Below are positions 19,821 to 28,450 of a DNA stretch of 43,591 nt, piece by piece. Origin of the DNA: an uncultured delta proteobacterium (GTDB lineage: Bacteria; Desulfobacterota; Desulfuromonadia; Desulfuromonadales; BM103); the NCBI GenBank assembly GCA_963715335.1, contig CAVQRZ010000010.1, forward strand, positions 1 through 43,591, written 5' to 3'. The notes below the pieces were generated by a model. The model did not search any database and was not told where the DNA came from. It was given only the letters and a program-made list of their open reading frames with translations. A program made the position numbers and the translations under genes. Positions within the stretch are counted from its first letter, which is position 1. Every line of letters starts with the position of its first letter.

Positions 19821-20752
19821 AACTGAATGACTATCCGCTTTCCCGCAGGACCTTCGTCGCCACCCTGGCGGCCGCACTGGCTGCGGTCTGGCTGGCACCC
19901 GGCAGGCTGTCCGCCGCGGACAAAGCGCTGATCCGCAAAGCGATCCCCGCTACCGGGGAAGCGTTGCCGGTGATCGGACTCGGCAGCTCGCAAACCTTTG
20001 ACATCGGCAGTGACCAGGCCGCTCTCGAGGGTCTCGTCGAGGTGATGCAGACGTTTTTCGCCAACGGCGGGCAATTGATCGACTCCTCGCCGATGTACGG
20101 CGCAGCGGAACGGGTCATCGGTGAGCTGCTGCAACGCAGCGGGCCGCAGGACAAGCTGTTCGCCGCGACCAAGGTCTGGACCGACGGCAAGCAGGACGGC
20201 ATCCGGCAGATGGAGGATTCGCTCAGCAAGTGGGGGCTTGAGCGCTTCGACCTGATGCAGATTCACAATCTGCGCGACTGGCAGGTCCACCTGAAAACCC
20301 TGCGCGACTGGAAAGCTGCCGGCAAGATCCGCTATATCGGCATCACCACCTCCCACGGCCGGTATCACGGTGAGCTGGACACGATTCTGCGCAATGAGCC
20401 GTTCGACTTCGTCCAGCTCAGCTACAACATCGAAGACCGCAGCGTCGAGCAGAGCCTGCTGCCGCTGGCAGCCGAGCGCGGCATCGCGGTCCTGGTCAAC
20501 CGACCCTTCCAGCGCGGCGCGCTGTTCGACAAGGTCAAGGGACAGACCTTGCCGGGTTGGGCCGCCGAGATCGATTGCACCAGCTGGGGGCAGTTCTTCC
20601 TCAAGTTCATCGTCTCCCACCCGGCGGTCACCTGTGCGATTCCGGCTACCACCAAGGTCCATCACCTGAAGGACAACATGGCGGCCGGCTTCGGCCAGCT
20701 GCCTGACGCCGCCATGCGCAGGCGCATGGGCGATTTTTATGCCGCGTTGTAA
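19817..20752 (+). CDS. Aldo/keto reductase with twin-arginine-type leader
   Basis: SRRTFV leader; IGLGS, IDSSPMYG, ATKVW, DLMQIHN, GKIRYIGIT, VQLSYN; ATGA overlap with the MFS gene. Confidence 0.9.
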   Translation: MKLNDYPLSRRTFVATLAAALAAVWLAPGRLSAADKALIRKAIPATGEALPVIGLGSSQTFDIGSDQAALEGLVEVMQTFFANGGQLIDSSPMYGAAERVIGELLQRSGPQDKLFAATKVWTDGKQDGIRQMEDSLSKWGLERFDLMQIHNLRDWQVHLKTLRDWKAAGKIRYIGITTSHGRYHGELDTILRNEPFDFVQLSYNIEDRSVEQSLLPLAAERGIAVLVNRPFQRGALFDKVKGQTLPGWAAEIDCTSWGQFFLKFIVSHPAVTCAIPATTKVHHLKDNMAAGFGQLPDAAMRRRMGDFYAAL

Positions 20753-20793
20753 AGGTCGCTGCTATGCAGCATTTCATGGAACGAGATAGTGCG

Positions 20794-20984
20794 GGCTTTT
20801 CCCCTGTAAGTCACACTGCAAGGAAGGCCCCCTGTAACGGGCCGGCTTATTAAGCCCCGTCGTTAATGGATTTATCAGAAATCCGGCAAAGGAGATGCCC
20901 TCCGCAAGGAGAAAAGGCGTTTTTGCTTACTTTTGTCGCCGCTTGGACAAAAGTATGGCGTCTGGCGGGACGCGACCCGCCGGT
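20794..20984. mobile_element. Family B element, partial or chimeric copy
   Basis: Matches 198-220 and 287-383 in the same orientation; carries the AGGCCCCCTGTAACGGGCCGG motif also seen at 26727. Confidence 0.7.
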
Positions 20985-21008
20985 TCTGGTTTTAAACATA
21001 AAGAAATA

Positions 21009-21037
21009 AGGGCAACAGATGAATCACCCGTTGCCCT
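21009..21037. repeat. AGGGCAACAGATG..GTTGCCCT hairpin
   Basis: Copy of the 420-448 hairpin. Confidence 0.75.
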
Positions 21038-21100
21038 TCTAAACATCAAAGCTGAAATTTGTCAGCGGCCTGAGAGCCCCCTGTTGAACGCCCCCGAAGC

Positions 21101-22027
21101 TCAGCCGGCGTCGAGCCCGGGCATGGCAAAGCCGAGGGCATCGAGTCCCTGGCCCAGGGCCTGCACCTGCGTCGCGTCCAGTTCGACCAGTGGCGGGCGC
21201 ACGGTCGCCCAGGCCGGGTCGTTGCGATAGCGGGCCAGCACGGCCTTCAGCGCGGGGAGCATTGCGGCGCGCTCAACCACGCCGCGCACAGCAATCAGGC
21301 GTTGCTGCTGGTCGTCGGCGTCGGCGGCCTGCCAGCTGCGGAACAGCCGGTCGATCGCCGCGGGATTGACGTTGGCGGTCGCAGAGATACAGCCGGCGCC
21401 GCCGTGCTGCATGTTAGCCCGCAGGAACGACTCGCTGCCGACAAACACGTCGAAGCCTGAGGCGGCAAAGTTATCGAGCATGGTCCTGGTGTTGTTCCAG
21501 TCGCCGGAACTGTCTTTCATGCCGGCGATCACGCCAGGGTAGCGGGCCAGCAGCCGCTCGACCAGGCCGGGGCTGATGCCGACCATGGCCACCGGCGGGA
21601 TGTGGTAGAGATAGATGCGCAGGCGCGCATCGCCGACCCGTTCCACCGTTTCGCTGAAAAAACGGAACAGCCCCTCCTCGGAAACGTTCTTGTAGTAAAA
21701 CGGCGGCAGCATCAATACGCCGGCGCAACCGGCCCTGGTCGCACGCTCGGTCAGCTGCACGGCGTCGCTCAGCGCGCAGCTGCCGGTCCCCGGCATCATG
21801 CGGGCCGGATCGATCCCGGCCTCCAGCAGAAACTCGAGCAGCGCCAGGCGCTCGTCGAGCGACAGCGAGTTGGCTTCGCTGTTGGTGCCGAACACGGCGA
21901 GCCCGCTCCCCTGCGCCAGCAGCCAGCGGCAGTGGGCGAGGAAGCGCTGCGGATCGACGGCCAGATCCCTGCCGAACGGGGTAACGACCGGGGCCAGTAC
22001 CCCGCGGATGCGTTGTTCCTCTGTCAT
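21101..22027 (-). CDS. Dihydrodipicolinate synthase (DHDPS/NAL) family aldolase
   Basis: PVVTPF, GTNSE, LPPFYY, YLYHIP, GMKDSSGD (Schiff-base Lys), GCISATAN. Confidence 0.9.
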   Translation of the reverse strand: MTEEQRIRGVLAPVVTPFGRDLAVDPQRFLAHCRWLLAQGSGLAVFGTNSEANSLSLDERLALLEFLLEAGIDPARMMPGTGSCALSDAVQLTERATRAGCAGVLMLPPFYYKNVSEEGLFRFFSETVERVGDARLRIYLYHIPPVAMVGISPGLVERLLARYPGVIAGMKDSSGDWNNTRTMLDNFAASGFDVFVGSESFLRANMQHGGAGCISATANVNPAAIDRLFRSWQAADADDQQQRLIAVRGVVERAAMLPALKAVLARYRNDPAWATVRPPLVELDATQVQALGQGLDALGFAMPGLDAG

Positions 22028-22100
22028 AGGAGTCCTCTCTGGTGTGCGGATAACGGGTCGAGCATCGACCCGCAGTTGAATTTATAGCATGTTTTGCAAC

Positions 22101-22139
22101 GGCGCACGCAAAAGGGAGACGCTATTCTGCATGTCTCCC
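22101..22139. repeat. Degenerate full-length family A repeat
   Basis: GGCGCACGCAAAAGGGAGACGCTATTCTGCATGTCTCCC aligns along the whole consensus. Confidence 0.6.
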
Positions 22140-22212
22140 AGATTGTAGACAAAATCCGCACATGATACGGGTTTTTACCTAGCAGGTGACGCTGAAATTT
22201 GCCATTAGTCTG

Positions 22213-22244
22213 AAGGGACACTCTATTTTGAGTGTCCCCGGTTC
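22213..22244. repeat. Family A repeat
   Basis: AAGGGACACTCTATTTTGAGTGTCCCCGGTTC. Confidence 0.92.
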
Positions 22245-22282
22245 TATTCCGCTTTTGACTTTCCGCACCTCTCACCTCTCAC

Positions 22283-22804
22283 TTAAACGCGAGAGATGAT
22301 CTCAACCCCGGCAATCGGCTTGTATTCGATGGCCAGGATTTCCAGGTCCCTGGTCCCGGCAGGCGTTCTCACGGTGGCAACGTCGCCCACCGCTTTGCGC
22401 AGCAACGCCTTGCCGATCGGCGACTGCCAGCTCACCAACCCTTTCGCGCCGTTGGATTCGTCGGCGCCGACAATACAGTAGGTCTTTTCCCCGCCGTCCT
22501 CGTCCTCGACGGTGACGGTCGCGCCGAACAGCACCCGGCCGGCAGCGGTTTTGCCCTGGGCGGCCGGATCGACGATTTCGGCGCCCTCAATCCTTTTGCT
22601 CAGAAAATGTATGCGCGAGTCGATCTTTCTCAAGTGCCGCTTGCCGTAAATGTATTCGGCATTTTCCGAGCGATCACCCTCGGCGGCGGCATCGGCGACG
22701 CGCCGCACCGTGTCGGGGCGTTTTACATAGAGCAGCGCCTTGAGTTCTGCGCGCATCTGCTCGGCACAGGCCGGGGTCATGTAGATCGGGGTCTTGGTCA
22801 TCAT
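22283..22804 (-). CDS. greB: Transcription elongation factor GreB
   Basis: AAAEGDRSENAEYIYGKRHLRKIDSRIHFL, VLFGATV, IVGADE, SWQSPIGKAL. Confidence 0.92.
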   Translation of the reverse strand: MMTKTPIYMTPACAEQMRAELKALLYVKRPDTVRRVADAAAEGDRSENAEYIYGKRHLRKIDSRIHFLSKRIEGAEIVDPAAQGKTAAGRVLFGATVTVEDEDGGEKTYCIVGADESNGAKGLVSWQSPIGKALLRKAVGDVATVRTPAGTRDLEILAIEYKPIAGVEIISRV

Positions 22805-22853
22805 GTCCCTTATTGTGCCTACTTTTGGCTTTCTGTAAAGGGGCTCTTAAGTA

Positions 22854-22878
22854 GGGGACACACAATTTGTGTGCCCCC
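22854..22878. repeat. Family A repeat variant
   Basis: GGGGACACACAATTTGTGTGCCCCC, preceded by AAAGGGGCTCT. Confidence 0.7.
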
Positions 22879-22921
22879 GCCATCTAAATGCAGAAGCAAA
22901 GTGCGAAAAAACAAAAGGAAA

Positions 22922-23155
22922 ACCGGCGGGTCGCGTCCCGCCAAACGCCATACTTTTGTCCGGCAACAAAAGTATGCAAAAGTGCCTTCTCCTTGCGGAG
23001 GGCATCTCCTCTGCCGGATTTCTGTGACTTCAAGAAATTCTACTGTGATGGGGATCCGGCCCTGTGTCAAAGGGCCTGACCTTGCCGTGTGATTTACAAG
23101 GGAAAAGCGTAAAAACATCACAACCGATAGACCTCTCTACAAATGGAGACTCTAC
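22922..23155. mobile_element. Family B element, truncated copy
   Basis: Near-identical to 26928-27155; similarity ends at the family A repeat at 23156. Confidence 0.75.
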
Positions 23156-23187
23156 AGGGACACTTTTCACCCCAAGGTCCCCGACAC
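23156..23187. repeat. Degenerate family A repeat
   Basis: AGGGACACTTTTCACCCCAAGGTCCCCGACAC; same CGACAC tail as the 38531 copy. Confidence 0.65.
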
Positions 23188-23188
23188 C

Positions 23189-24061
23189 TTATCCTGCGGC
23201 CACGGTCAAGACCGCGATTGCCAGACAGGCCACGGCCATGGCGGCCCCTTTTCTCAAGCTGAACGATTCAAATCGCAGCACGACAGAGAGGACCATCGCC
23301 ATGACAAAACTCATGTTGGCGATGGGGATGACGATGCTCGCTTCACCGTATTTGACGGCCAGCATGAGAAAGTCGACGACCAGAAAGACCAGCACGCCCG
23401 AAACCAGGGCATAACCGACTTTCTTCGCCGTCAAGCGGAACCTTCCTTCGCGCAGGCGCGCATAGAGCGCACCGCCAACGACCCAACTGAGGGCACAGAG
23501 CAACAGCATGGTCTGCGGATCGGCCTGGTGCAAAATCCCGCCTCGTGTAATCACGCCATAACCGGCCCGGAACAGGGAGGCGGCAACCGCCAGTAAAAAA
23601 AAGGGCAGGAACCGGCCACGATTCTCCTGGGCCATCGCAGAGGAATCAGGGCGATAAAGCAGTCCGACCGCAACGACCCCCAAACCGACGCCCAGCAGCT
23701 TCACCCCGCCGAGCGCTTCGCCCAGGAAAAGAGAGGCCATCACCACCACGCCGATGGTGTTAAGGCGGTAAACGGTCGAGCCCAGGCTGATATTGATGTG
23801 GGTCAGGCTTTCCAGCAAAAGGAGGTTCGAGAGAGTCAGGCAGAGTCCGGCAAACAGTCCGTACCGAATCGAAGTTACATCGACCAGCAGCGCTTCCTCA
23901 CCGATTGCGAGCGTCGCCGCCTGCAACACGCACCAGACCACACCGATGCCGAAGACGTAGGTACCGCGGGAGCGCTCTTTCCTGCTGTAGCGTTTATACA
24001 CAACGTCCAGCAGACCGGCAAAAAAAAGACTTAACAGGGCAAACAAGATGGCACGTGACAA
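23189..24061 (-). CDS. EamA/DMT family transporter
   Basis: About ten TM segments in two repeats, FLGEAL and GEASIVIPIANMSF; TTG start after GAGG. Confidence 0.85.
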   Translation of the reverse strand: MSRAILFALLSLFFAGLLDVVYKRYSRKERSRGTYVFGIGVVWCVLQAATLAIGEEALLVDVTSIRYGLFAGLCLTLSNLLLLESLTHINISLGSTVYRLNTIGVVVMASLFLGEALGGVKLLGVGLGVVAVGLLYRPDSSAMAQENRGRFLPFFLLAVAASLFRAGYGVITRGGILHQADPQTMLLLCALSWVVGGALYARLREGRFRLTAKKVGYALVSGVLVFLVVDFLMLAVKYGEASIVIPIANMSFVMAMVLSVVLRFESFSLRKGAAMAVACLAIAVLTVAAG

Positions 24062-24142
24062 TGCGCTTACCTCAACAGGGGATGGCCGGTCATGTGCCAA
24101 TATAACAGCTTGGGCATTTATGGGAATACTCACCTGACATAT

Positions 24143-24188
24143 TAAAAGGGACACCCTCTTTTGAGTGTCCCTTTTGAGTGCCCCCGGC
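24143..24188. repeat. Family A repeat with duplicated right arm
   Basis: TAAAAGGGACACCCTCTTTTGAGTGTCCCTTTTGAGTGCCCCCGGC. Confidence 0.85.
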
Positions 24189-24203
24189 GGGCCAAAGGCT
24201 GGA

Positions 24204-24977
24204 TCAGCCAATCACCCCGGCGAGCATGAGCGCGACCGGGCTGCTGGCGCGCGGCAGGCTCAGGAGCACCAGGCTGATGTAGCAGCCAACGCAGACCGAG
24301 AGCAGGGAAAATTTTGCCAGCAGCGGCAGCCGGTTGAGCTGGAACCGGCCTTTTGACTCGAAGGTTACCCAGGGGAACATAAGAGGGAGGGCTTTGACGA
24401 GGCCGAGTGAGAGGAGAAAGAGCCAACCCATGCTCGTATAGAGCAGGAAAAGATCTATGCCGCTGTAACAGCCGTAGCCCATCACCAGCGCCGGGACCGT
24501 CAGCAGCAGCAGGGCCTGGACAAAGCTGTTATGCAGCAGCCTGTGACGGTTGCCGTAGCGCCTGATGCTCAGGCACAGACCCTCGGCGATCCCGGCGAGA
24601 AGCTTCTCGATCTGGGGGCTCTGAGTGGTCATCTTGATGCACGGCCGGGCGTTCTGCGGAAAGCTGATTTCGACGCTGATGATCTTCGGCGCGCCGAGCG
24701 TATAGACGATGCTCACCTGCCGGGTCCGGGACTCGAAATAGGATGTCGACAGCTGCTGGGCAGAGGGCAGGGTGCGGGCACCCTTACGCTCCTCGACGAC
24801 GATCTGGTACTTTTCGAGTTTTTTGTGGTCCTTGAGGCCGAGCCCCTGCACAACTTTAGCCAGCAGCGGCTGCAACAGCTTGGGGATCCCGTAGAGCAGG
24901 CGTTTCTCGATCTCGGTAAGCAGTGATTTGTTCAGAGTGCAGGAAGGCAGGGTCTTCTGGTAGCTGTAAGTTTCCAT
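24204..24977 (-). CDS. Hypothetical membrane protein
   Basis: GGAGG RBS; soluble N-terminal domain plus about three C-terminal TM helices. Confidence 0.75.
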   Translation of the reverse strand: METYSYQKTLPSCTLNKSLLTEIEKRLLYGIPKLLQPLLAKVVQGLGLKDHKKLEKYQIVVEERKGARTLPSAQQLSTSYFESRTRQVSIVYTLGAPKIISVEISFPQNARPCIKMTTQSPQIEKLLAGIAEGLCLSIRRYGNRHRLLHNSFVQALLLLTVPALVMGYGCYSGIDLFLLYTSMGWLFLLSLGLVKALPLMFPWVTFESKGRFQLNRLPLLAKFSLLSVCVGCYISLVLLSLPRASSPVALMLAGVIG

Positions 24978-25230
24978 GATTGTCCTCCGCTGTTGGCATG
25001 AGCCCTAGCCGGATTAAATCAAGAAACGTGCCTTTTCGTCGGCCGCGACGAAACGGCCGGTAAAGCTGGCTTTTGCTCGGACAGCCTGCCGCAAAGGGAG
25101 AAAAATGTGACAATCTGTGTCGGTTGCGGCGGTGAATAGACCGCACCGGGATGGCGGGGACAGCACTTTGTCCTGGCTTGACCCAGGCTCAGGCCGGGCA
25201 TGAGCTCCGCCGATTTAGCAAAGGGCAAGC

Positions 25231-25255
25231 GGGGGCGCTTGCAACAAGCGCCCCC
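25231..25255. terminator. GC-rich hairpin after the 25265-25549 gene
   Basis: GGGGGCGCTTG-CAA-CAAGCGCCCCC; weak U tract. Confidence 0.45.
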
Positions 25256-25264
25256 GGCGGCAAA

Positions 25265-25549
25265 CTACTTGTCGATGCAGAGCCAGCCCCAGTCACGCTG
25301 CTTTTGCACGAGTTCCTGCGCTTTCGCTTCGCAATAACCGGCTTCGTTCTCGGCGGTCCAGAGCGTTGCCGTGCTGTCGCCTTTTTGATAACGGACTTCG
25401 CAGGGGATTTTCATCTCCTGGTCCTGGTAAACCACGGTGATGACGCGCTCTTCCTGCCCATAGGTGCAAACATAGGTTTCGTCGGCAAGGGCATAGCCGG
25501 CGAGCATGCTGAAAGCGATCGAGAGACAAAGGATGGTAAAACTTTTCAT
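25265..25549 (-). CDS. Small secreted four-cysteine protein
   Basis: AAGGAG RBS, signal peptide MKSF..ALA, mature region with 4 Cys (YVC, PCEVRY, YCE, WLC). Confidence 0.8.
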   Translation of the reverse strand: MKSFTILCLSIAFSMLAGYALADETYVCTYGQEERVITVVYQDQEMKIPCEVRYQKGDSTATLWTAENEAGYCEAKAQELVQKQRDWGWLCIDK

Positions 25550-25583
25550 TGGCGCTACTCCTTCACTGTGCGTTGTTAAGATT

Positions 25584-25608
25584 GGGGGACACCCAGCGTG
25601 CGTGTTCC
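25584..25608. repeat. Degenerate family A repeat
   Basis: GGGGGACACCCAGCGTGCGTGTTCC. Confidence 0.5.
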
Positions 25609-25894
25609 ATGCTCCATGAATTCCGCAGAGACCATAGTAATCTGCCGGCGGCGCCGAGATCAATAGCGTGATGATCTCCTCTGCTGCCGTGGCCAGATCA
25701 CAGGTTTGCAATATGCAAGCCCGGCCCCGTTCGCTTCGGGGCGTTGGCAGAACCGGGGGGATTTTCGGGAAATCTTCTGCCTTTTCCCCTATTGCGAGTT
25801 TTTCGCAGTATAATTTCAAGGTCGGGTCACGAATCCTGTGCAGATCAGCAAAAGCTGCCCGAAGCAACTCACAACCTCATCAAAGGAGCCGTCC

Positions 25895-26206
25895 ATGAAA
25901 ACGATTTTACCTCTTCTCTGCCTTGCCCTGCTGGTCTTCTCCGTCGCCGCCGTCAGCGCCAGCGACGATGTCGGCAAAACGGTTTACACCAAGAGTTGCG
26001 CCTCCTGTCACGATACCGGGGTGATGGGTGCGCCGAAAATCGGCGACCAGAAAGCCTGGGCCCCCCTGACCGCCGAAGGCGTCGACGTGTTGAGCAAAAA
26101 CGCCATCCATGGCGAAGGCAAGATGCCGGCGAAAGGGGGCAATATGCAGCTGACCGATGAAGAAGTGAAGGCGGCTGTGGAGTACATGGTGGAGAAGAGC
26201 AAGTAG
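25895..26206 (+). CDS. Cytochrome c5-type monoheme cytochrome
   Basis: Signal peptide, CASCH, GAPKIGD..W, MPAKGG; AAGGAG RBS. Confidence 0.93.
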   Translation: MKTILPLLCLALLVFSVAAVSASDDVGKTVYTKSCASCHDTGVMGAPKIGDQKAWAPLTAEGVDVLSKNAIHGEGKMPAKGGNMQLTDEEVKAAVEYMVEKSK

Positions 26207-26227
26207 CTTTTTTGGTTTCCCGCTTGC

Positions 26228-26270
26228 GGGGACACGCAACAGGGAGAGTCTGTTTTGCGTGTCCCGCGGC
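26228..26270. repeat. Family A repeat variant with compensatory change
   Basis: GGGGACACGCAACAGGGAGAGTCTGTTTTGCGTGTCCCGCGGC. Confidence 0.8.
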
Positions 26271-26300
26271 TGTTGAGAAAGTTCAGATTTCATGTATAGA

Positions 26301-26330
26301 GAGGGCAACAGATGTTCATCTGTTGCCCTC
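26301..26330. repeat. GAGGGCAACAGATG..CATCTGTTGCCCTC hairpin
   Basis: Perfect 14-bp inverted arms; copy of 420-448. Confidence 0.8.
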
Positions 26331-26360
26331 TGTCTTTATTCTTAAAAGCTTAAAAGCAAA

Positions 26361-26883
26361 ACCGGCGGGTCGCGTCCCGCCCGACGCCATACTTTTGTCC
26401 GGCAACAAAAGTATGCAAAAGTGCCTGCTCTTAGCAGAGGGCTATGGACGTTCGCCAAGGGGATATGGCTTCCAGGAACAGCAGAGGAGACGAGCCGGCC
26501 CGTTACAGGGGGCCTCGCTGCACTGCTGTCATTATGGGATGGCGGGATCGTGCTGATGAGATCGATTGCAACCGGCGGGCGTGGAACTTAAACTCCTTTT
26601 CCATTTGCTTTCGGCATCGACACCGGGTCTATTCTTTTAAATTTGTTTGTAACTTAAAAGAGTTATCCGTTGGTTTATCGAGCACAATGCAACTATAGGC
26701 CACCGGGCCAAGAAAGCAATGCCGTGAGGCCCCCTGTAACGGGCCGGTTCCCGTACCCATAAGCCAATTGAAATCACGACAATCATGCGGACGTCTATGC
26801 CCAGCGCAGCGCAGGCCCTTTTCTGCTTACTCTTTTAGGCCAGTAAAAGAGTAAGGCGCAGTCGGGGGGCGCGACCGCCGGGT
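26361..26883. mobile_element. Family B element with both inverted arms
   Basis: About 70-bp imperfect inverted arms (26361-26428 and 26811-26883) plus an internal inverted pair at ~26492-26517 and ~26725-26750; no credible ORF. Confidence 0.7.
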
Positions 26884-26927
26884 TCTGATTTGATTTTGTC
26901 TTATGGCTTAATAGGATTAAAATCAAA

Positions 26928-27198
26928 ACCGGCGGGTCGCGTCCCGCCCGACGCCATACTTTTGTCCGGCAACAAAAGTATGCAAAAGTGCCTTCTCCTT
27001 GCGGAGGGCATCTCCTCTGCCGGATCTCTGTGACTTCAAAAACCTTTACTGATGGGGATCCGGCCCTGTGTCAAAGGGCCTGACCTTGCCGTGTGATTTA
27101 CCAGGGAAAAGCCAAGACAACTTCTACTGATGCAAGCCTTTACAACCGGAGAGGCTCTCAAGAGCCTCGGCTCCTGATCGTTCTAAACGATCCGGATT
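26928..27198. mobile_element. Family B element, truncated copy
   Basis: Reverse complement of ~92-383; similarity ends at TCCGGATT, 2 bp before the family A repeat. Confidence 0.75.
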
Positions 27199-27200
27199 AC

Positions 27201-27245
27201 GGGGACACTTAAAAGAGACACTTGATGTTAAGTGTCCCCGGCTCC
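27201..27245. repeat. Family A repeat
   Basis: GGGGACACTTAAAAGAGACACTTGATGTTAAGTGTCCCCGGCTCC. Confidence 0.9.
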
Positions 27246-27433
27246 AAGCCCCATTTTCTGCAATTTTATAAGTAATAAAATTGCACTTATTTTTTACGCT
27301 TACTTGCGGCCATACAACAGTCTGCTATACATTACCAGAATAGTCATGTATAAATGTTTGACCCAAGTGATTCGAGCAGAACCCAAGTCGACACCCGGAA
27401 CACAACAACCTTTCAATCAAGATGGAGAATATT

Positions 27434-28258
27434 ATGTCTTTTCTAACTAATATCTGGCGTACGTTGATCCCCGTGATCCTGCTGGCATTTGCAGCGACCC
27501 CGGCTGTGGCCAATGAGCCCGGCACCCTGCAATGGTACGGTCAGGCGGCTTTTAAAATTACCACCCCGGGCGGCAAGGTTATCGTCATCGACCCGTTCAT
27601 CACCAGTAATCCGAAAACTCCGGCCGAACTCAAGGATCTCGGCAAGCTTGGCAAGGTCGACCTGATCCTTGTTACCCACGGTCATGGCGACCATCTCGGC
27701 GATACCGGAGAACTAGCCAAGTTGACCGGCGCCAAGGTCGGGGTGAATGCCGACATGGGGAGTACCATGGATGTCCTCGGCATCGTGCCGGCGGAGCAGC
27801 TGATCCGTTTCAACAAGAGCGGTCCGATCAAGCCCCTCGAGGGCATCACCGTGACGATGGTCCATGCCGAACACAGCTCGAGCATCGTGCACAGCGATCC
27901 GGTAACCAAAGCCAAGAGCGTTCACAACGGCGGTGAGCCGGCTGGCTACATCATCGAACTCGAGAACGGTTTCAAACTCTACCATGCTGGTGATACGGGG
28001 ATTTTCTCCGATATGCAGCTGATCGGCTCCTACTACCAGCCGAACCTGGCCCTGTTGCCGATTGGCGGCCATTTCACCATGGATCCCGCCCACGCCGCCT
28101 ATGCGGCCAGGGACCTGCTCAAGAGCAGCCATGTCATTCCGATGCATTACGGCACCTTCCCGCCGTTGAAGGGCACTCCGGAGGAATTGCAGCAGGCGCT
28201 GAAAGGCAGTTCCGTCAAGGTGACGGTGATGCAGCCGGGCGACATCTTGAAGTACTAA
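27434..28258 (+). CDS. Metallo-beta-lactamase fold metal-dependent hydrolase (UPF0173-like), exported
   Basis: IDPF, THGHGDH, HAEHSS, YHAGDT, PIGGHFTM, IPMHYGTF; signal peptide. Confidence 0.92.
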   Translation: MSFLTNIWRTLIPVILLAFAATPAVANEPGTLQWYGQAAFKITTPGGKVIVIDPFITSNPKTPAELKDLGKLGKVDLILVTHGHGDHLGDTGELAKLTGAKVGVNADMGSTMDVLGIVPAEQLIRFNKSGPIKPLEGITVTMVHAEHSSSIVHSDPVTKAKSVHNGGEPAGYIIELENGFKLYHAGDTGIFSDMQLIGSYYQPNLALLPIGGHFTMDPAHAAYAARDLLKSSHVIPMHYGTFPPLKGTPEELQQALKGSSVKVTVMQPGDILKY

Positions 28259-28326
28259 ACAACCCCTTGAGAAGCGCGGGGATCTACAGCTGATTTAACC
28301 TCAAGAGATTCCGCGCCCGTAAACAG

Positions 28327-28354
28327 AAAAGCCCGGCTTCATAGCCGGGCTTTT
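28327..28354. terminator. Bidirectional rho-independent terminator
   Basis: AAAAGCCCGGCT-TCAT-AGCCGGGCTTTT between convergent genes. Confidence 0.85.
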
Positions 28355-28410
28355 CATTTGCCGGAGGTGGCGGCCATCCAACTCATTGGTTCATATCTCT
28401 GTTTTTATAG

Positions 28411-28437
28411 GGGGACACTCAATTTCGTGTGTCCCCG
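28411..28437. repeat. Family A repeat variant
   Basis: GGGGACACTCAATTTCGTGTGTCCCCG. Confidence 0.8.
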
Positions 28438-28450
28438 CAACCGGTGCAAC

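Noticed and set aside
1233..25177. Very weak family A-like traces at ~1233-1252, ~4684-4700, ~17472-17494 and ~25156-25177
   Set aside because: Too short or degenerate to separate from chance in GC-rich sequence without a profile search
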